In this document: in pieces, positions 10,158-23,519 of the stretch
How the letters are laid out: each line of letters begins with the position of its first letter
How positions within the stretch are numbered: position 1 is the first letter of the stretch
The notes under the pieces: generated by a model
Databases searched by the model: none
Seen by the model: the letters and a program-made list of their open reading frames with translations, nothing else
What the model was told of the DNA's origin: nothing
Position numbers and translations under genes: made by a program
Origin: Camelus ferus
Taxonomy: Eukaryota
DNA length: 64,000 nucleotides
Reading direction: 5' to 3'
Assembly: GCF_009834535.1 (NCBI RefSeq)
Contig: NC_045696.1
Span: 50,470,001 to 50,534,000, forward strand

Positions 10158-13100
10158 TCTTTATTTCAAAACTAAAAGGATAAAATGGAGACAGAAATAG
10201 AAATAAGATGCCTCTGAATATACCTCATTTTATAGACTTGACTTTGGAAGCATGTAACTATTGTACATAATTGTAAAACATAATCAAATTATTTGTAAAC
10301 ACTAAACTATAAAACAAATGAAACAAATAAATCTAACTGCATGTAAAGTAGTTGCATAACCCCACACAGAGAAGTTATTCTAAGAATAAGCTAAATGACT
10401 TTCAAAACACAGGAATTTGACTTTATGTCTCTAGTGAAATATAACTAAATGACAAAAATAATTATTAAAAAAATCTTAAACTATTTTCAATGACCATATT
10501 ATTGATGGTAGTATTTGGTATTGTTATTCTCAAACTATTGTATATGTGTTTTGGGAATAAATCAAAGGAGTCATTACGTTGGTGTCATTCAACTTTTCAG
10601 TGTGAGAGAAAAGATACCAATAAATTCAAGTAATAACCCTGAGTCCTAAATTTGAATCAAAAGTATCAGTGTCAACTCATGATGCATTTTATCTTTTAAA
10701 ATACATATTCCCTAGCTGCTGCTAAGTTTTGCAGTAATCTATTATGTAGAAATAAATAATTGCCCGTATAGCTATCAACTACACTGAATACTCTACCCAA
10801 CATCTGTAGAATACACATTTTGCAAGTGCTTATCTAGTATATTCACCAAGTTTAGTCAGATTATGGGTCATAAAGTAAATCTCAAAAAAACTTCTAAAAA
10901 CTGAAATCATACAAAAAATGTCATTCAACTAAAACTGAATTAAATTGGAAACCAATAACAATAAAATATTAAGAAAACTTCAAGTAACATCTTTCTAATA
11001 AAGCTTTTGGTCAAAGAAGAAAACCATAAAAAATTAGAAAAGATTTTGAGCTGAATGATATTAAAAATACAACATACCAAAATTTGTGATTGCAGCTAAA
11101 GCAATGCTTACAGAAAAATTAACAGCTTTAAATACTAATCACAAAAAAAGAAATATCTAAAATACACCTAAAGAAGCTAACAAGAAAAGAGAAAGAAGGA
11201 AATAATAAAAGTAAGAGCAGAAATCAACAAAACAGAAAACAAGCAAGACAAAAATTAGCAAAATCAAAAGTTTGTTCTTTGAAGAGTTCTTCAACATTTA
11301 TAATCCAATAGCTAGATTTATCAAGAAAAAAAAAGAGAACAAAAATCTCTAATCTCTGCAGGAGGCATTAACATAAATACTACATTCATGAAAAGAATAG
11401 TAAGCAAATATTATCCACTTTATGCCAATCAAATTCAATAACTCAGATTGAAATGGACAAATTCATTGAAAGACAGCTTTCAAAGTGAGTTTGGGATTAC
11501 ACAGATAATCTGAAGAGCCTTTATTTATTAAAGAAATTGAATTTGTTGATAAAAATCTTCCCAATAAATCTGCTACAATGACAAATTTAAGCAAATATTT
11601 AAGAAAGCAGTAGCATCAGTTCTACACACAAAACCCTTCAGAAAAGAGGCAATGAGAGCCTACTCATTTTATAAGAGTAGAATTAACTGTACACCCAAAC
11701 TAGGTAAACACATTACAAATAAGAACAAACAGACCAGTAACCCTTATAAACATAGAACACAAAAAATGTTTACAAAATATTAGCAAATCAAATCTAGTAC
11801 TTTTAATACAACATGATCATATAAGGTTTCTCCCAAGAATGCAGGTGGATTGAATACTCAGAAATCAGTGAAATGACCACATTAACAGAACAAAGGAGAA
11901 AAAAAACATACGACCATTTTAGCAGATAAAGAAAAAGAGTTTGAGAAACTCAACACTCATTCATGATTTTTAAAACTCTAGTAAACTTGATGAAATTGTT
12001 AAATAGCATCTATGAAAATCCTACAGCTAATATCATACTTAATAATGAAATATTTCCCCTCTAAAATCAAGAACAAAGCAAGAATTTTTGCTCTTAGTAC
12101 TTCTTTTCAATTTTGTACTACAGGTTCTAACCATTGCAATAAAGCATGGGGGACAAAAGACATATAGATCAGAAACAAAAACATAAAACTGTCTCTATTT
12201 GCAGATGACATGATTGTTAGAAATCTATAAAACAACTCCTATAATTAATTGAATTTAGCAAAGTCATAGTATAAAAATAGTAATAGTATTTTAAAACAGC
12301 TATATTCTTATATACTAGCAACACATAATTAGAAAATAAAATTTTAAAAATTAATTCTATTTATAATAATGAAAAGGACAAAAAGTCTTAGGGATAAATT
12401 TAACAGAAGATGCACAAGGCTTTGTGCCTAAACTGAAAACTACAAAACATTACTGACATAAATTAAAGAATACTTATTTAGATGGAGATAAATTCCTTGT
12501 TCTTGGATGGACTCAGTATTGTTAAGAGATCAGTTCTCCTCAAATTGGTCTCCAGATTCAATATAGTCTTAACTAAAATCTAGTTGTCTTTTCTATGAAA
12601 ATTGGAAAGCTAATTCTGAAATTTATGTGAGCATGCAAACCTAAAATAGCCAAAGCAATGTTTAACAAATGAGTTAGATTGAAAGACTTATACTACCTAA
12701 TTTCAAGCTTTACTCTGAAGCTACAGTAATCAAGGCAGTCTGGCATTGGCTCAAGGATAGACACAAACTTCAATAGAGCAGAACAGAGAGTCTATAAATA
12801 GACTCATACATTTGCGGTCTACTGACTATCAACATAGCTGTTAAAGCAATTTAAAGGGAAAAGTCAGTTTTAACCACTGATGATGGGACAACTGGATATC
12901 CATATAGAACAGAAGGAAAAAAAGTCAACCATTACTGAATACCATACAGAAAAATTACCTTGAATTGGATTATTGACTTAAATGTAAAAAGCTATGACTA
13001 TAATTCTTCTAGAAGAAACCGTAGGAGATGACAATCTCTGTGACTTTGGCATATACAAAGATTTCTTAGAATACAAAAGGAACAAACCGTGAAACAAAAT

Positions 13101-14110
13101 TTGATGAACTGGACATTATCAAAATTTTAACTTTTTCTCTTTGAAAAATATCATTAAGAAAATAAAAATGTAAACCACAGACTAGATGACAATATTTACA
13201 AAACACTTATATAACATAAGACTACTACATAGAATATGTGAAGAACTTCTACAGTTCAATAATTTTAAAAATCATTATTAAAAAAACAGGCAAATGACTT
13301 GGACATATACTTCACCAAAAAAAAAAGATATTCAAGTACCCAATAAATACACAAAAAGATGTTCAATATTACTAATCATAGAGGAAATACAGATTTAAAT
13401 TACAGTAAGATAATAATTACACACCTATAAGCATGGCTAAAGTGAAAAATATTGATAGTATGTATACTGGCAAGAATGTGAAGCAATTGGAACTCTTATA
13501 CATTACCAATGGGAATGTAAAAGAATATAACTACACTAGAAAATTTCTGGCAGTTTTTTTCAAAACTCAAACATATGCCTGCTTATAACCTGGCCTTTCC
13601 CAATCCTAGGTATTTAACCAAGAGAAATAAAAACATATGTCCCCACAAAGATATGCGCATGAATGTTCCTAGCAACTTTATGTACAATAACCAAAAACTA
13701 GAAGCAACCCAAATGCCAATTAACAGATACATAGATAAATTAATACAGTGGAATACTATTCAGCAATGAAAAGGAACACACAGCACTGATGAATCTCAAA
13801 ATCATTTCCTTGAGTGAGATAAGATAGACACAAAAGAATACATATTACATACTACACATGAGTACTACTAATATAAAATGCTAACTCATCTATGGTGACA
13901 AACAGCAGATCCGTGGTTGCCTGCAGATGGTGGGAATGAAGGCAAGGATGGACTACAAACACATGGAGGAGTACTTCAGGAATGGTGAAAATGTTTTGTT
14001 TCTTTTTTGTGGTGATGACCACAGGTATATACAATTGTCAAAACTCATCAGATTGTATCTGTTAAATGGATGCCGTTAGTTATACATAAATTATCCCCAG
14101 ATTTAATTAA
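9540..14110 (+). mobile_element. Cluster of old L1 fragments (degraded ORF2 and 3'UTR, L1M-type)
   Basis: A-rich with recognisable ORF2 landmarks (TTTGCAGATGACATGATT at about 12198, GCTACAGTAATCAAG at about 12720) and 3'UTR motifs to about 14100; heavily frameshifted. Confidence 0.85.
10118..10155. repeat. (GT)19 microsatellite
   Basis: Perfect dinucleotide run. Confidence 0.95.
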
Positions 14111-14811
14111 AGATAAGCAAACATCAGGTTTTAACACCCATAACTTTAGAACACGCATCTACACAAATAAACACAAAACACAAATGAAAAGCCCTTGACA
14201 CTGAAAATGTTTTTTTAAAAAAACTTTTCCAAGTCAAAATCATCAGTAGAAGTAAGATTGTTTTGTGATCTGACTACTAATGAAACTTCTTACTCACTTT
14301 GAACACTCGCTTTAAGTTTCCTTTCCCAAATCGTCATTGTCATATGCCTGAGCAAGCATGTACCACCCACGCAGTTGACACTATATAGGCATGACTGTGC
14401 AAACCCATACTCCAAAGGCTTCCTCCAGTGAGTGAAAAAAGGCTCTCAGAAACAGCACATGGTTTTCTTGTGCTGTTAGACACCTTTCATCTATTGTAAA
14501 ACCCTGTTCTCTGCTGGGCTCCACTGACTAAAAACGTTACAGATAGGTATTTCTGATGTTTCACCATTCTCAAGAAAACCCCGATTCAGTAACTGTTGTT
14601 AACCAAAGAAGAACATGGATTATGCTGTAATTAAATAGCTAATATAGTGCTTAGATTTATTTATTATTTCTAATGTACGGAGATGGGAAATAGAAAGTTA
14701 AAGATTTTCTGCCCTTTTATTCATTTGCAGGGTTTGGGGAGAATAGAAACAAGGCAGTAAGGAGTCTGACAAAATGAATTTTCAACTAAAAGAATTTTAA
14801 AATTTGGAGTT

Positions 14812-14911
14812 GGGGGGGGTGGGTATAGCTCAGTGGTAGAGCACATGCTTAGCATGCATGAAGTCCTGGGTTCAATTCCCCAGCACCTTTATTAAAAAAA
14901 AAAAAAAAAAA
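14812..14911 (+). mobile_element. tRNA-Ala-derived SINE, camelid Vic-1-like
   Basis: G-run followed by GGGTATAGCTCAGTGGTAGAGCACATGCTTAGCATGCATGAAGTCCTGGGTTCAATTCCCCAGCACCT (A and B boxes, AGC anticodon region) and a poly(A) tail; loosely similar AAGAAT...AATTGG flanks may be a decayed target-site duplication. Confidence 0.85.
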
Positions 14912-16139
14912 GAATCCTATAATTGGGGAAAAACCATAGCCTAAATTATTTGGCTGTTCTCTAATAAGATGACCTTATTCTACATTCTTCTTTCCTGAAT
15001 CATTTTAAATAATTAAATAGATTTATATACTCTAGTTCTCCCCTCTACAAAACAGAGTATCATTTTTACTTAAAAAGTTAGAAATTACTCATGAAGGGTA
15101 TCCAAAGAACATTACAATCTAAGGTCTTAAACTCAGTAAGAGTAAAGCAATAATCTCTCCTAAAGATTCAAGGTTTCATTTAAAATAAATGCAGCTCTGA
15201 GACTGAGATCTTAATAACACAAAGACCTGGAAATTCAAATTACATTGCCAGAACAACTTTAACTAGCTACACTGAGCACATAACTTTTTCTAATCACCAG
15301 TATGGTAAGGTCAATACAATACAGAAAAGTTTACTATCACTTTCTGGCTCCAGAAAGCGTAAAAGACCAACCTTAACATTTTAGTTATTATGTTTGTACT
15401 GTGTTTTATAAAACTGCAAATTGTGCATGCAAGCTAGACATTAAAGTATTATTTCCCAACAGTTTTATGGTTATGAATGGATTTCCTGACAGTTTTTAGA
15501 GTTATAAATGGATTCAAACATTAATTTTTCTCCTTTTTTAGAGGTCCTAAAGATAAGATGAATTGTTATCCAAATAGTCTAATTATAATTCTGCCTCTAA
15601 TGCAGAACTTTGTAACTTTGGGGGAAATGAGCCTAATTTACAATTTTATTTCTGATATATAATTGAAAGTTACTACCACCCTGTAGGAATAATTGAAAGC
15701 ATCACCGATTTTTCCCCAGATTTTGTTACTTTCTAAATAGCAAACAGGAATGGTTAGAATTAGAGAGTCATGTGATCTTTTTCTCTGCTAAAGCTGCCTG
15801 AAAACTAATGGAGTAATTTTATGATAAACTTTGGAAGTAAAGGAAATGGAATTTTTTCTGCCTTCTAAGAGGATAATTAGTCTCCCACTAGTAGTTTTCA
15901 ATGAGTGACCACCTATTACATATATTAGAGCTTTTAGACTAGTGGAGGGAAGTCGAAAGCTGCATTAGTATTTATTTATTCAACTATAATAGCTATTATA
16001 AATGCCTATTTATTGTGGAGCTTTCCATCTCATGGGTACAATACACATTAACCAGATAATCGAATAACTATGTGAAGTTGTAATAGCAATAAATGAAAAG
16101 TATATAAAATGTACACTGATTAAGTTATCCTAGTATTGA

Positions 16140-16400
16140 GGTAGTGGGGAGCCTCTAGGACGGTTCCTACTGTTCGCCCTTCCTCCTACTTGTCCATGTA
16201 AAATCCCTTCGTCTCAAGTTTGGGCTGGACTAACGCACTTCTAACAAATAGAATATGGCAGAAGTGATGAAATGTCACTGCCAAGATTAAGTTATAAAAA
16301 GACTGACTTCTGTACTGGTGTGCTCTCTCTCATTCTTGAGTCACTGTGACAAAATAAATATTTGAGTGTAATTTATTATGCAGCAATAGGTAATTAACAC
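16140..16400 (+). mobile_element. MLT1-type LTR fragment
   Basis: CTTCTAACAAATAGAATATGGCAGAAGTGATG...; ends TTATGCAGCAATAGGTAATTAACACA. Confidence 0.7.
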
Positions 16401-17875
16401 AAGACCCAGTGCACAAGAAGCTAATAATAAGAAAGAGAGTGAGAGAGACAACATTCCAAATAAAAGTATTTTATGTGCAGAGAACATGTGAACATGTGTC
16501 TGGAGACACTAAAGGGAACATACTAGGATCTGAAGGAAGACTAGGGCTAAAAAAGAGTTTCAGCTTTTGCTGTTAATGTAGTCTTCCATGATGATTTCAA
16601 GATTTTTTTTCCTGAGACAAATGTATTTTCCTATGGAAAGAGAACAGAAAAAAAATAATAAATGTTTGCCATTTTGGCAATATAAAATGCAACATGTTTT
16701 TTTAAAATTAAAACTTTCTCTTTCAAATGTCTCATAGCTTAATATTTCAATTATTGTGATCCTTACTTCCAAAAAAGGTAAGAAACTGAAATGAAAAATG
16801 AGAGATTTCTTATTTTAAATCATGTTTGTTATTTCTGGACCAGAGTTTTTGCAGGGAAAAAATATTTTGCAAACTCCTGAAATTTTAGTATAAAAATTAT
16901 TTATATTAATGAACTACAACTGCAAATTTAAATGTGGATAAATCTCAAACGTAATATTGAGTAAATGAAAGTAATTATAAAATAATATGCATAGTAATAT
17001 ATGTAGTATGTTCCATTTATGCACAATACAAAAAATGCAAAATAAATTTTATTTTTAGGGATACATTTCTATGTGGTAAAATGTAAAGAAAAGCAGGAAT
17101 GATTATATCCTAAAGAGAACGATTATCCCCCAAAGTAATGGCTACCTTACAAAGTTCAAAGTTCATGGGCTATCATTGGGAAGGAAATGGCAATAGTCTA
17201 CATCTTAATTTACATAGATATTCACTATATAATTGTTCTTTGAAATGTGTGTATATCATACACTCTGCAATATATATTATATAACATCACTATAAAAGAA
17301 ACACTGAAATAAGTACAAAGAAACACAATTAGTACTTTGTTAAAACATAATAATGTCAACAATTGATCTTGGTATCATGACATATATTTCATGTTCTTAT
17401 ACTTTAATTTCTGAAAGTAATTTATATTTTTAAAGACATTAATTTAGTAGCAAACACCTAATTACATATTCATTAAACACAATATTGGGTGGAACCTAAA
17501 GTTTTTGCAGAGACAAAAATGGAAAAAAAACACCAAAGTTAGAGTAAGAAATCAACTAACATTTTGGCTCTTCCATTTATTGCCTCTGTAATCTTCTACC
17601 AATTATTCTCTGAACCTCAGCTGCTTTATCTACACATATAGGAATTTAGTATCTGATAACAGTGGTCATTCAAATTCATAAAGGGAAGGATGATTATTTA
17701 TATCACTGATAAATGGTATTAGGAGAACTAGCTAGCCATTTGGAAATAAATAAATAAATAAAAGTGGATTCCTATCTCACTTCTCACACAAAAATAAAAT
17801 GAAATGAATCAAAGATTTAAACATTAATTAACTAAAGTACTGAAAGAAGACCTCTGTAATTTTTTTTCTTAAATG

Positions 17876-17990
17876 GGTGGGATAACTAACATCTCAGTTT
17901 GTCAGAAACTGAGGGAGTTCCTGGGACACAGGACATTCAAGGTTAAAACAAGGAAAGCCCCAGGCAAACTGGGACAGTTGTCACCTGTAG
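17876..17990. mobile_element. MER94-like hAT-Blackjack MITE within an old L1
   Basis: Palindromic GG..AAC..ACATCTCAGTTTGTC...CAGGCAAACTGGGACAGTTGTCACC. Confidence 0.6.
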
Positions 17991-18504
17991 TAAAGAAACC
18001 TTTCTAACCCTGATACAATATACAAATATACAAAACCATAAAGGAAAATTTGGGAAATTTAGCTGTAGAAAGACTAGCCAAAAAAAAAAAAATCCATAAA
18101 CTGTTAACAAATAAAAACCTGTGAAATATTCACATTCTGATAAACAAAAGGCTAACTTCCTCCCCCAGATATACTGAAAAGATATAAACCAATATGAAAA
18201 AAAGAGACAGACAATCCAATTGCAAAAAATAGGCAAAACTTATAAACAGGCCAACAAAAGTTTACATTAAGTAATATGTTAAATGGTGACTTAGCTAGTA
18301 ATTACAATTATACTCTTCAGATACAACATAGTGATAAAAATTCAACACAGAGATGGTTTATAAAAAAGAAAAGTAAGAAATGTTTAAGAAAAGTAACAGG
18401 GTCCAAAACACAGGAATTCAATAATGAATTCAGTGGATGGACAAAATTTAGAAAGCAAAAATTATGGTAAATAATAAACTTGATCCTAATTTCCAGAGCA
18501 ATAT

Positions 18505-18775
18505 AATCACAAAGCCTCTATCAGTTGGTTAGGATATAGTGCTAAGAAAAACCATATTGCTGGACTAATTTTTTTTTTAAGGATAATCACAAATTCTGTA
18601 TCAGTTTGTTAGGACACAGTACTAATAAAAGCCATAGTGTTGGGCAGATTTTTTTTGAGGCAATTACCATCACATATCCAAAACTATTTAATGAAGACAG
18701 ATTTGTTCCCTGGCTCATGGTAGATCTTGTACAAATGTGTATCAGTAATCACAAGGGTCACTGTGCTCAGTAGAC
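18505..18775 (+). mobile_element. Ancient tRNA-Ile-derived SINE (MamSINE1-like) with tandemly duplicated head
   Basis: Two about 80-bp copies of TCAGTT(G/T)GTTAGGA..AGT(G/A)CTAA resembling the tRNA-Ile 5' half, then a CAAATGTGT..TCACAAGGG body. Confidence 0.55.
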
Positions 18776-18814
18776 AGATAATGAATATATATGCATATCA
18801 AATATGCAAAGATA

Positions 18815-19113
18815 CAGGCATCCCTCCTATTGTACTTCACTTTATTGTGATTTTTACAAATTGAAGGTTTGTGGCAGCCCTGCATTGTCAAATGATGGTT
18901 AGCATGTTTTAATAATAAAATATTGTTTAATTAAGATATGTACATTGGTTTTTAGACAGAATGCTATTGCACACTAATAGACTACAGCATAGTGTAGATA
19001 CAACTTTTGCATACAGTGGGAAACCAAAAAGTTTGTGTGACTCATTGTGTTGAGATGTTCACTTTATTGTGGTGGTCTGGAATCAAACCCACAATACCTC
19101 CAAGGTATGCCCT
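18815..19113 (+). mobile_element. Tigger1 internal-deletion derivative (TcMar)
   Basis: Left end TA|CAGGCATCCCTC and right end AAGGTATGCCCTG match Tigger1 terminal inverted repeats; internal TTTTTACAAATTGAAGGTTTGTGGCA.CCCTGCAT. Confidence 0.8.
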
Positions 19114-19947
19114 GTGTACTAGGATATTAATCCCAGCATAGTTTTTAATTCCAAGGGGAAAAAAAAAAAAACTAGAGACAACAAAAAAGTTGATCTGCAG
19201 GGACTAGTTAAATAAGTTATGAAATAATATCTATGAAAGGAAACTGCAAAATGATAAAGTATCATGTTTTAAATACTTGTAAAATTAAGATATAGTGTTA
19301 AGTGCTTTATATACATTATTAAACTTAATCCTCACAGCAACCCTAGACACTAAGTCAGTGGTTTTGAGTAAAATCTCCCAATTTAAAAATATTGGCAACT
19401 AATTCAAACTTTAAAAAATATTGTGTGAGCTGAGTAAAAGCATCTGTAAGCCAGATCCAGTCCATGGGCTGCCAAATTGCTGTCTCTGACGTGGAAATTA
19501 GAGAAGCCAAAACTAGAGTCTTGAAAACATTTTAAATTAGGGCTCTGTTGGAGGAAGTGGAGTTAGCAAAAATGAAGAAAAGTAAATGCAGCATCTTAAA
19601 GCCAGGGAAAGAGGAGATTTCAAGACAAGCATAGCCAAGATCAAATCATGTGTGAAAAGTTTTAGAGTAAGAACTAAGAAGCTTTAAGATTTGCTAACAA
19701 GAAGGTCATCAGAGTCGTTCAGGAGCTGTAAGAGAGTAGTGTTAGCACAGGGGGAGGAGCAGAACAGATTGCAAGGGGCCAACCAGAAGCAATTGTCAAC
19801 AAATATAGACTTGTTCTTTCAGGAATTTTCACTTTGAAAGTATGGGAGAATGAGACAGTGGTTTTATCTTTTCATGTCAATCCTGAAAGAGAGAGATGGG
19901 GCAGTATCTAGAACTATGAGGACTGACAGGGTATTTAAGAAGAGGAG

Positions 19948-20100
19948 AAACAACAAGGTCCTATTGTATAGCACAGAGAACTATATTCAGTAGCTTGTAA
20001 CATCCATATATATATATGTACAGATGAATTACTATGCTATACATTAGAAACTAACATAACATTGTAAATCAACTATACTTAAATTTAAAAAAGAAAAGAA
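19948..20100 (+). mobile_element. L1 extreme 3' end (artiodactyl-type)
   Basis: AACAACAAGGTCCTA.TGTATAGCACAG.GAACTATATTCA...TTGTAAATCAACTATACTT followed by an A-tail. Confidence 0.8.
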
Positions 20101-20654
20101 GAAAGGAGAACACAGCATATTTGTAGACAGAAAGAGGGATAGTTTGAAGTTAACCAGAATGAAGTAGACTAACTGGTAAAGCAGGATCCTAGAGGTGGTG
20201 GGAGGAGATGAGACAAAAGCAAAGTGGAGGTTTGCTTTTGAAAAGACTGATGCTGGCCTCTAGAGAGAAGCAGGAAGGGCAAGAGTGGTTACAGGTACAA
20301 GAGACATTTTGAGGAAGGATAGGTTGACAAACATTTTCTGAGTATAACCACTCAGCATCAGGAAGCTGTGCAGAGCTCTGGGGATGGTAGGATGAATAAG
20401 GCAAGGTCTCTGCCTTCAAACCTTATCCTTTGGAGAAGTTAAAGTCCGCATTGGATGATGGGTAAATCTAGAGGTGAGCAGCCATCTGCAGATCTACAAC
20501 AGCCTGTAGATTTGGGTTAACGGATAGTCTGGGTGATGAAGAAAGACCCAGGACAGTGTTCTTAATCCTGGCTCCCATCAGAAGCACCTGCAGAGATTTG
20601 TGAAAGTCCACATGCCCAGACTCTAGATCCTGAAAGGGCTGATTAAGTAGGCTT

Positions 20655-21465
20655 CAGTCACCTCACACCAGTCAGAATGGCCATCATTCAAAAGTCCACA
20701 AATGATTAATGCTGGAGAGGGTGTGGAGAAAAGGGAACCCTACTACACTGCTGGTGGGAATGCAGTTTGGTGCAGCCATTGTGGAAAACAGTATGGAAAC
20801 TCCTCAAAAGACTAAAAATAGACTTATCATATGATCCAACAATCCCACTCCTGGGCACATATCCAAGAGGGAACCTTAATTTAGAAAGACAGCTGCACCC
20901 CAATGTTCATAGCAGCACTATTTACAATAGCCAAGACATGGAGACAGCCTAAATATCCATCGACAGATGACTGGATAAAGAAGATGTGGTATATTTATAG
21001 AATGGAATACTACTCAGCCATAAAAATGATAAAATAATGCCATTTGCAGCAACATGAATGTCCCTGGAGAATGTCATTCTAAGTGAAGTAAGCCAGAAAG
21101 AGAAAGATAAATACCATATGATATCACTTGTATGTGGAATCTTAAAAAAAAGACAAATGAACTTATTTACAAAACAGAAACAGACTCACAGACATAGAAA
21201 ACAAACTTATGGTTACCAGAGGGGAAGTGGGTGGGAAGGGATAAACTGGGAATTCAAGATCTGTAGATACTGACCAATATATATAAAATAGATAAACAAG
21301 TTTATACTGTATAGCACAGGGAACTATATTCAATATCTTGTAATAGCTTATGGTGAAAAAGAATATGAAAATAAATATATGTATATTCATGTATGACTGA
21401 AGCATTGCGCTGTATACCAGAAATTGACACAACATTGTAAACTGACTGTACCTCTTTAAAAAAAA
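20655..21465 (+). mobile_element. Relatively young 5'-truncated L1 (about 810 bp) inserted in a MER5-like element
   Basis: Well-preserved ORF2 end and 3'UTR; perfect 10-bp target-site duplication AAGTAGGCTT at 20645-20654 and 21464-21473; MER5-like halves at about 20555-20654 and 21474-21545. Confidence 0.9.
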
Positions 21466-21879
21466 GTAGGCTTGAGATAGCACCACTGTATCTATAATAT
21501 TTTAGGCTCTGCAGGTGACTCCAGCAACTGGCTTAACATTACTGGCTTAGACCAACCCATTTCCCCTAGGGGGAACGTCTAGGAAGGAGCCAATGAAGGG
21601 CGGATAGAATGATTTTTTGGAGAATAAGAACAACTAGATTTAATGATTTTGAATCTATCACTATCTACTACTTGAACATTTTTCAAAAATTTGTCAATAC
21701 CACAACATAAATCATATAACTGGATATTTCCGTAGTATGCAGTAGAGAAACCTTGGGGAAAGATGGCATAGTATTTCATGGTAAAGTAACAAAATGGCAA
21801 GAACAAAGAAAAGAAATCACTAAGCAGTTTTAAACTACTTATGCACACACCCTATTGCGAAAAATATCTTAACCAAATC

Positions 21880-22810
21880 ACTGAATATTCTCAAATGACA
21901 CCCTTTGAACACACTGGGGCTTCCCTTATGTTGATAGAAAAAAAAAAAATAGATGCTGCTTTTTCCTTCTAGCTCTGATCCTTTCTCCTTTCTTTGCTGC
22001 CAAACTTCTAGAATGAGTGGTCTGAGCCAACAGCCTCAGTTTCCTCCCCGCTCATTCTCTCCTTGATGTCAGCAATCTTGTGGTTATTACACCCTTCTGT
22101 TCAAACCACAAATTTGAAGGTCACCAGCCCCTTTCCAGTCAAACTTCTGGCCTTTCTGCAGTGCTTGTGTTCCTGGGTTGCTTGGCATATCTTGATGTTA
22201 TTAACCACTTTCCTGTCCTTCTAAAACCCCTTCCTTCACCTCTGCTACTACCTTCTGCTTCCCCGCCTGTCTCCTCCTCTGCCTTCTCTGTAAGCCAAAC
22301 TGTCTCCTCTGGCACCTTAATGAAGGTGTGCCCTGAAGTCTTGCCTGCCCCTCTTTTTATTTATACCTTCCCTTACCATTCTCCCCTACCCTCAGAACTT
22401 CAGCTGGACCTCTGTACTGTTGATTTCTCCTTGTTTTACCACTTCACTCACAGTTTAGCTCCCTCTGTCCTTCACACGGGCTGTTTGACTGCCTGGAATG
22501 TTTGTCTACTCAACTCTCTTTGCCTAGCTGTTTTCTGCTGATTTTCAACTTAAACATCACTTCCACAGGGAAGCCTTCCCTGATCCTCAGATCAGATCAG
22601 CCTTCCCAATTGCACATTTCTGTGTCACCCTACATTTCTCTTGACAATTATTATATTATTTATTTGCAATGATTTATTTAATATCTATTTTTCCTACCAG
22701 ATTCTAAGCTCTAGGACAGCAGGATCTATGTCTGTCTTTTTCAAGTGTCTGCAGCATGAAGCAGAGTGTCCAACACATGGCAGACACCCCCTTGCTTATT
22801 GACGGACAGA
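21880..22810 (+). mobile_element. L2 LINE fragments
   Basis: CT-rich body ending GGGAAGCCTTCCCTGA...GCAGAGTGTCCAACACATGGCAGACAC; explains ORF 22080..22541. Confidence 0.65.
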
Positions 22811-23519
22811 AAACTAGCTCACATGTTAGCTTTGACTTATTTTTCCTAAACAAGAATCACAACCCTTAAGCTGCTGTTTCTCTCTGCTCAAATTCTTGAT
22901 GTTATTTCAAGTATATCTCATCTAGAAATCATAGAGTTTCCCACATATAACTTGCCACATCTCTTTTCTCCTCTATTTTTGGTGTTATGGAGGATTTCTA
23001 AGCTCAGCTCATCCACTAAAAAGTTAGGTGGAATCTTTGGTAATTCCTTAAACATTTCTGGGCTTTATTTGCCCATGTATAAAATAAAAGAATTTAATTT
23101 GAAGGTTTGTAAAATCCTTCTTGTCTGAAAACTCTAAACTTCTCAAGAATGTGATGCAACGCCTTTATTTCACAAATGAGGAAATTAGTGTTTAAATGGG
23201 GCAAGTAGTTTCTTAAAGATGACATAGCTAGTGGTTAGAACTAAGTCTCATGACAGACCCTTAAACCCAATACAGAAGGATATATAGGAATCTAGAATAC
23301 TGGAGAAAGGAGAGTGATATTTTATTGAGAAAAATGAAAAGCACCAAAACATTCAATGCATAGATGCAATTCAGAAAGAAAAAGAGTATTTAATAATATA
23401 ATATATTCAATTTCAATGTCTGAGAAAATACAACTAATCAAGTCAATATCAGTTGGTAAAAACACAATGATATTAAAAAGACATAGACTTGAAGAAAATT
23501 CCACTTCATTGATGGACAA

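Noticed and set aside
14821..14890. Functional tRNA-Ala gene
   Set aside because: Poly(A) tail, 5' G-run, CpG-decay substitutions and no T-run terminator indicate a SINE.
22080..22541. 153-aa Ser/Leu/Pro-rich ORF
   Set aside because: CT-rich L2-derived sequence; low-complexity composition explains the lack of stops.
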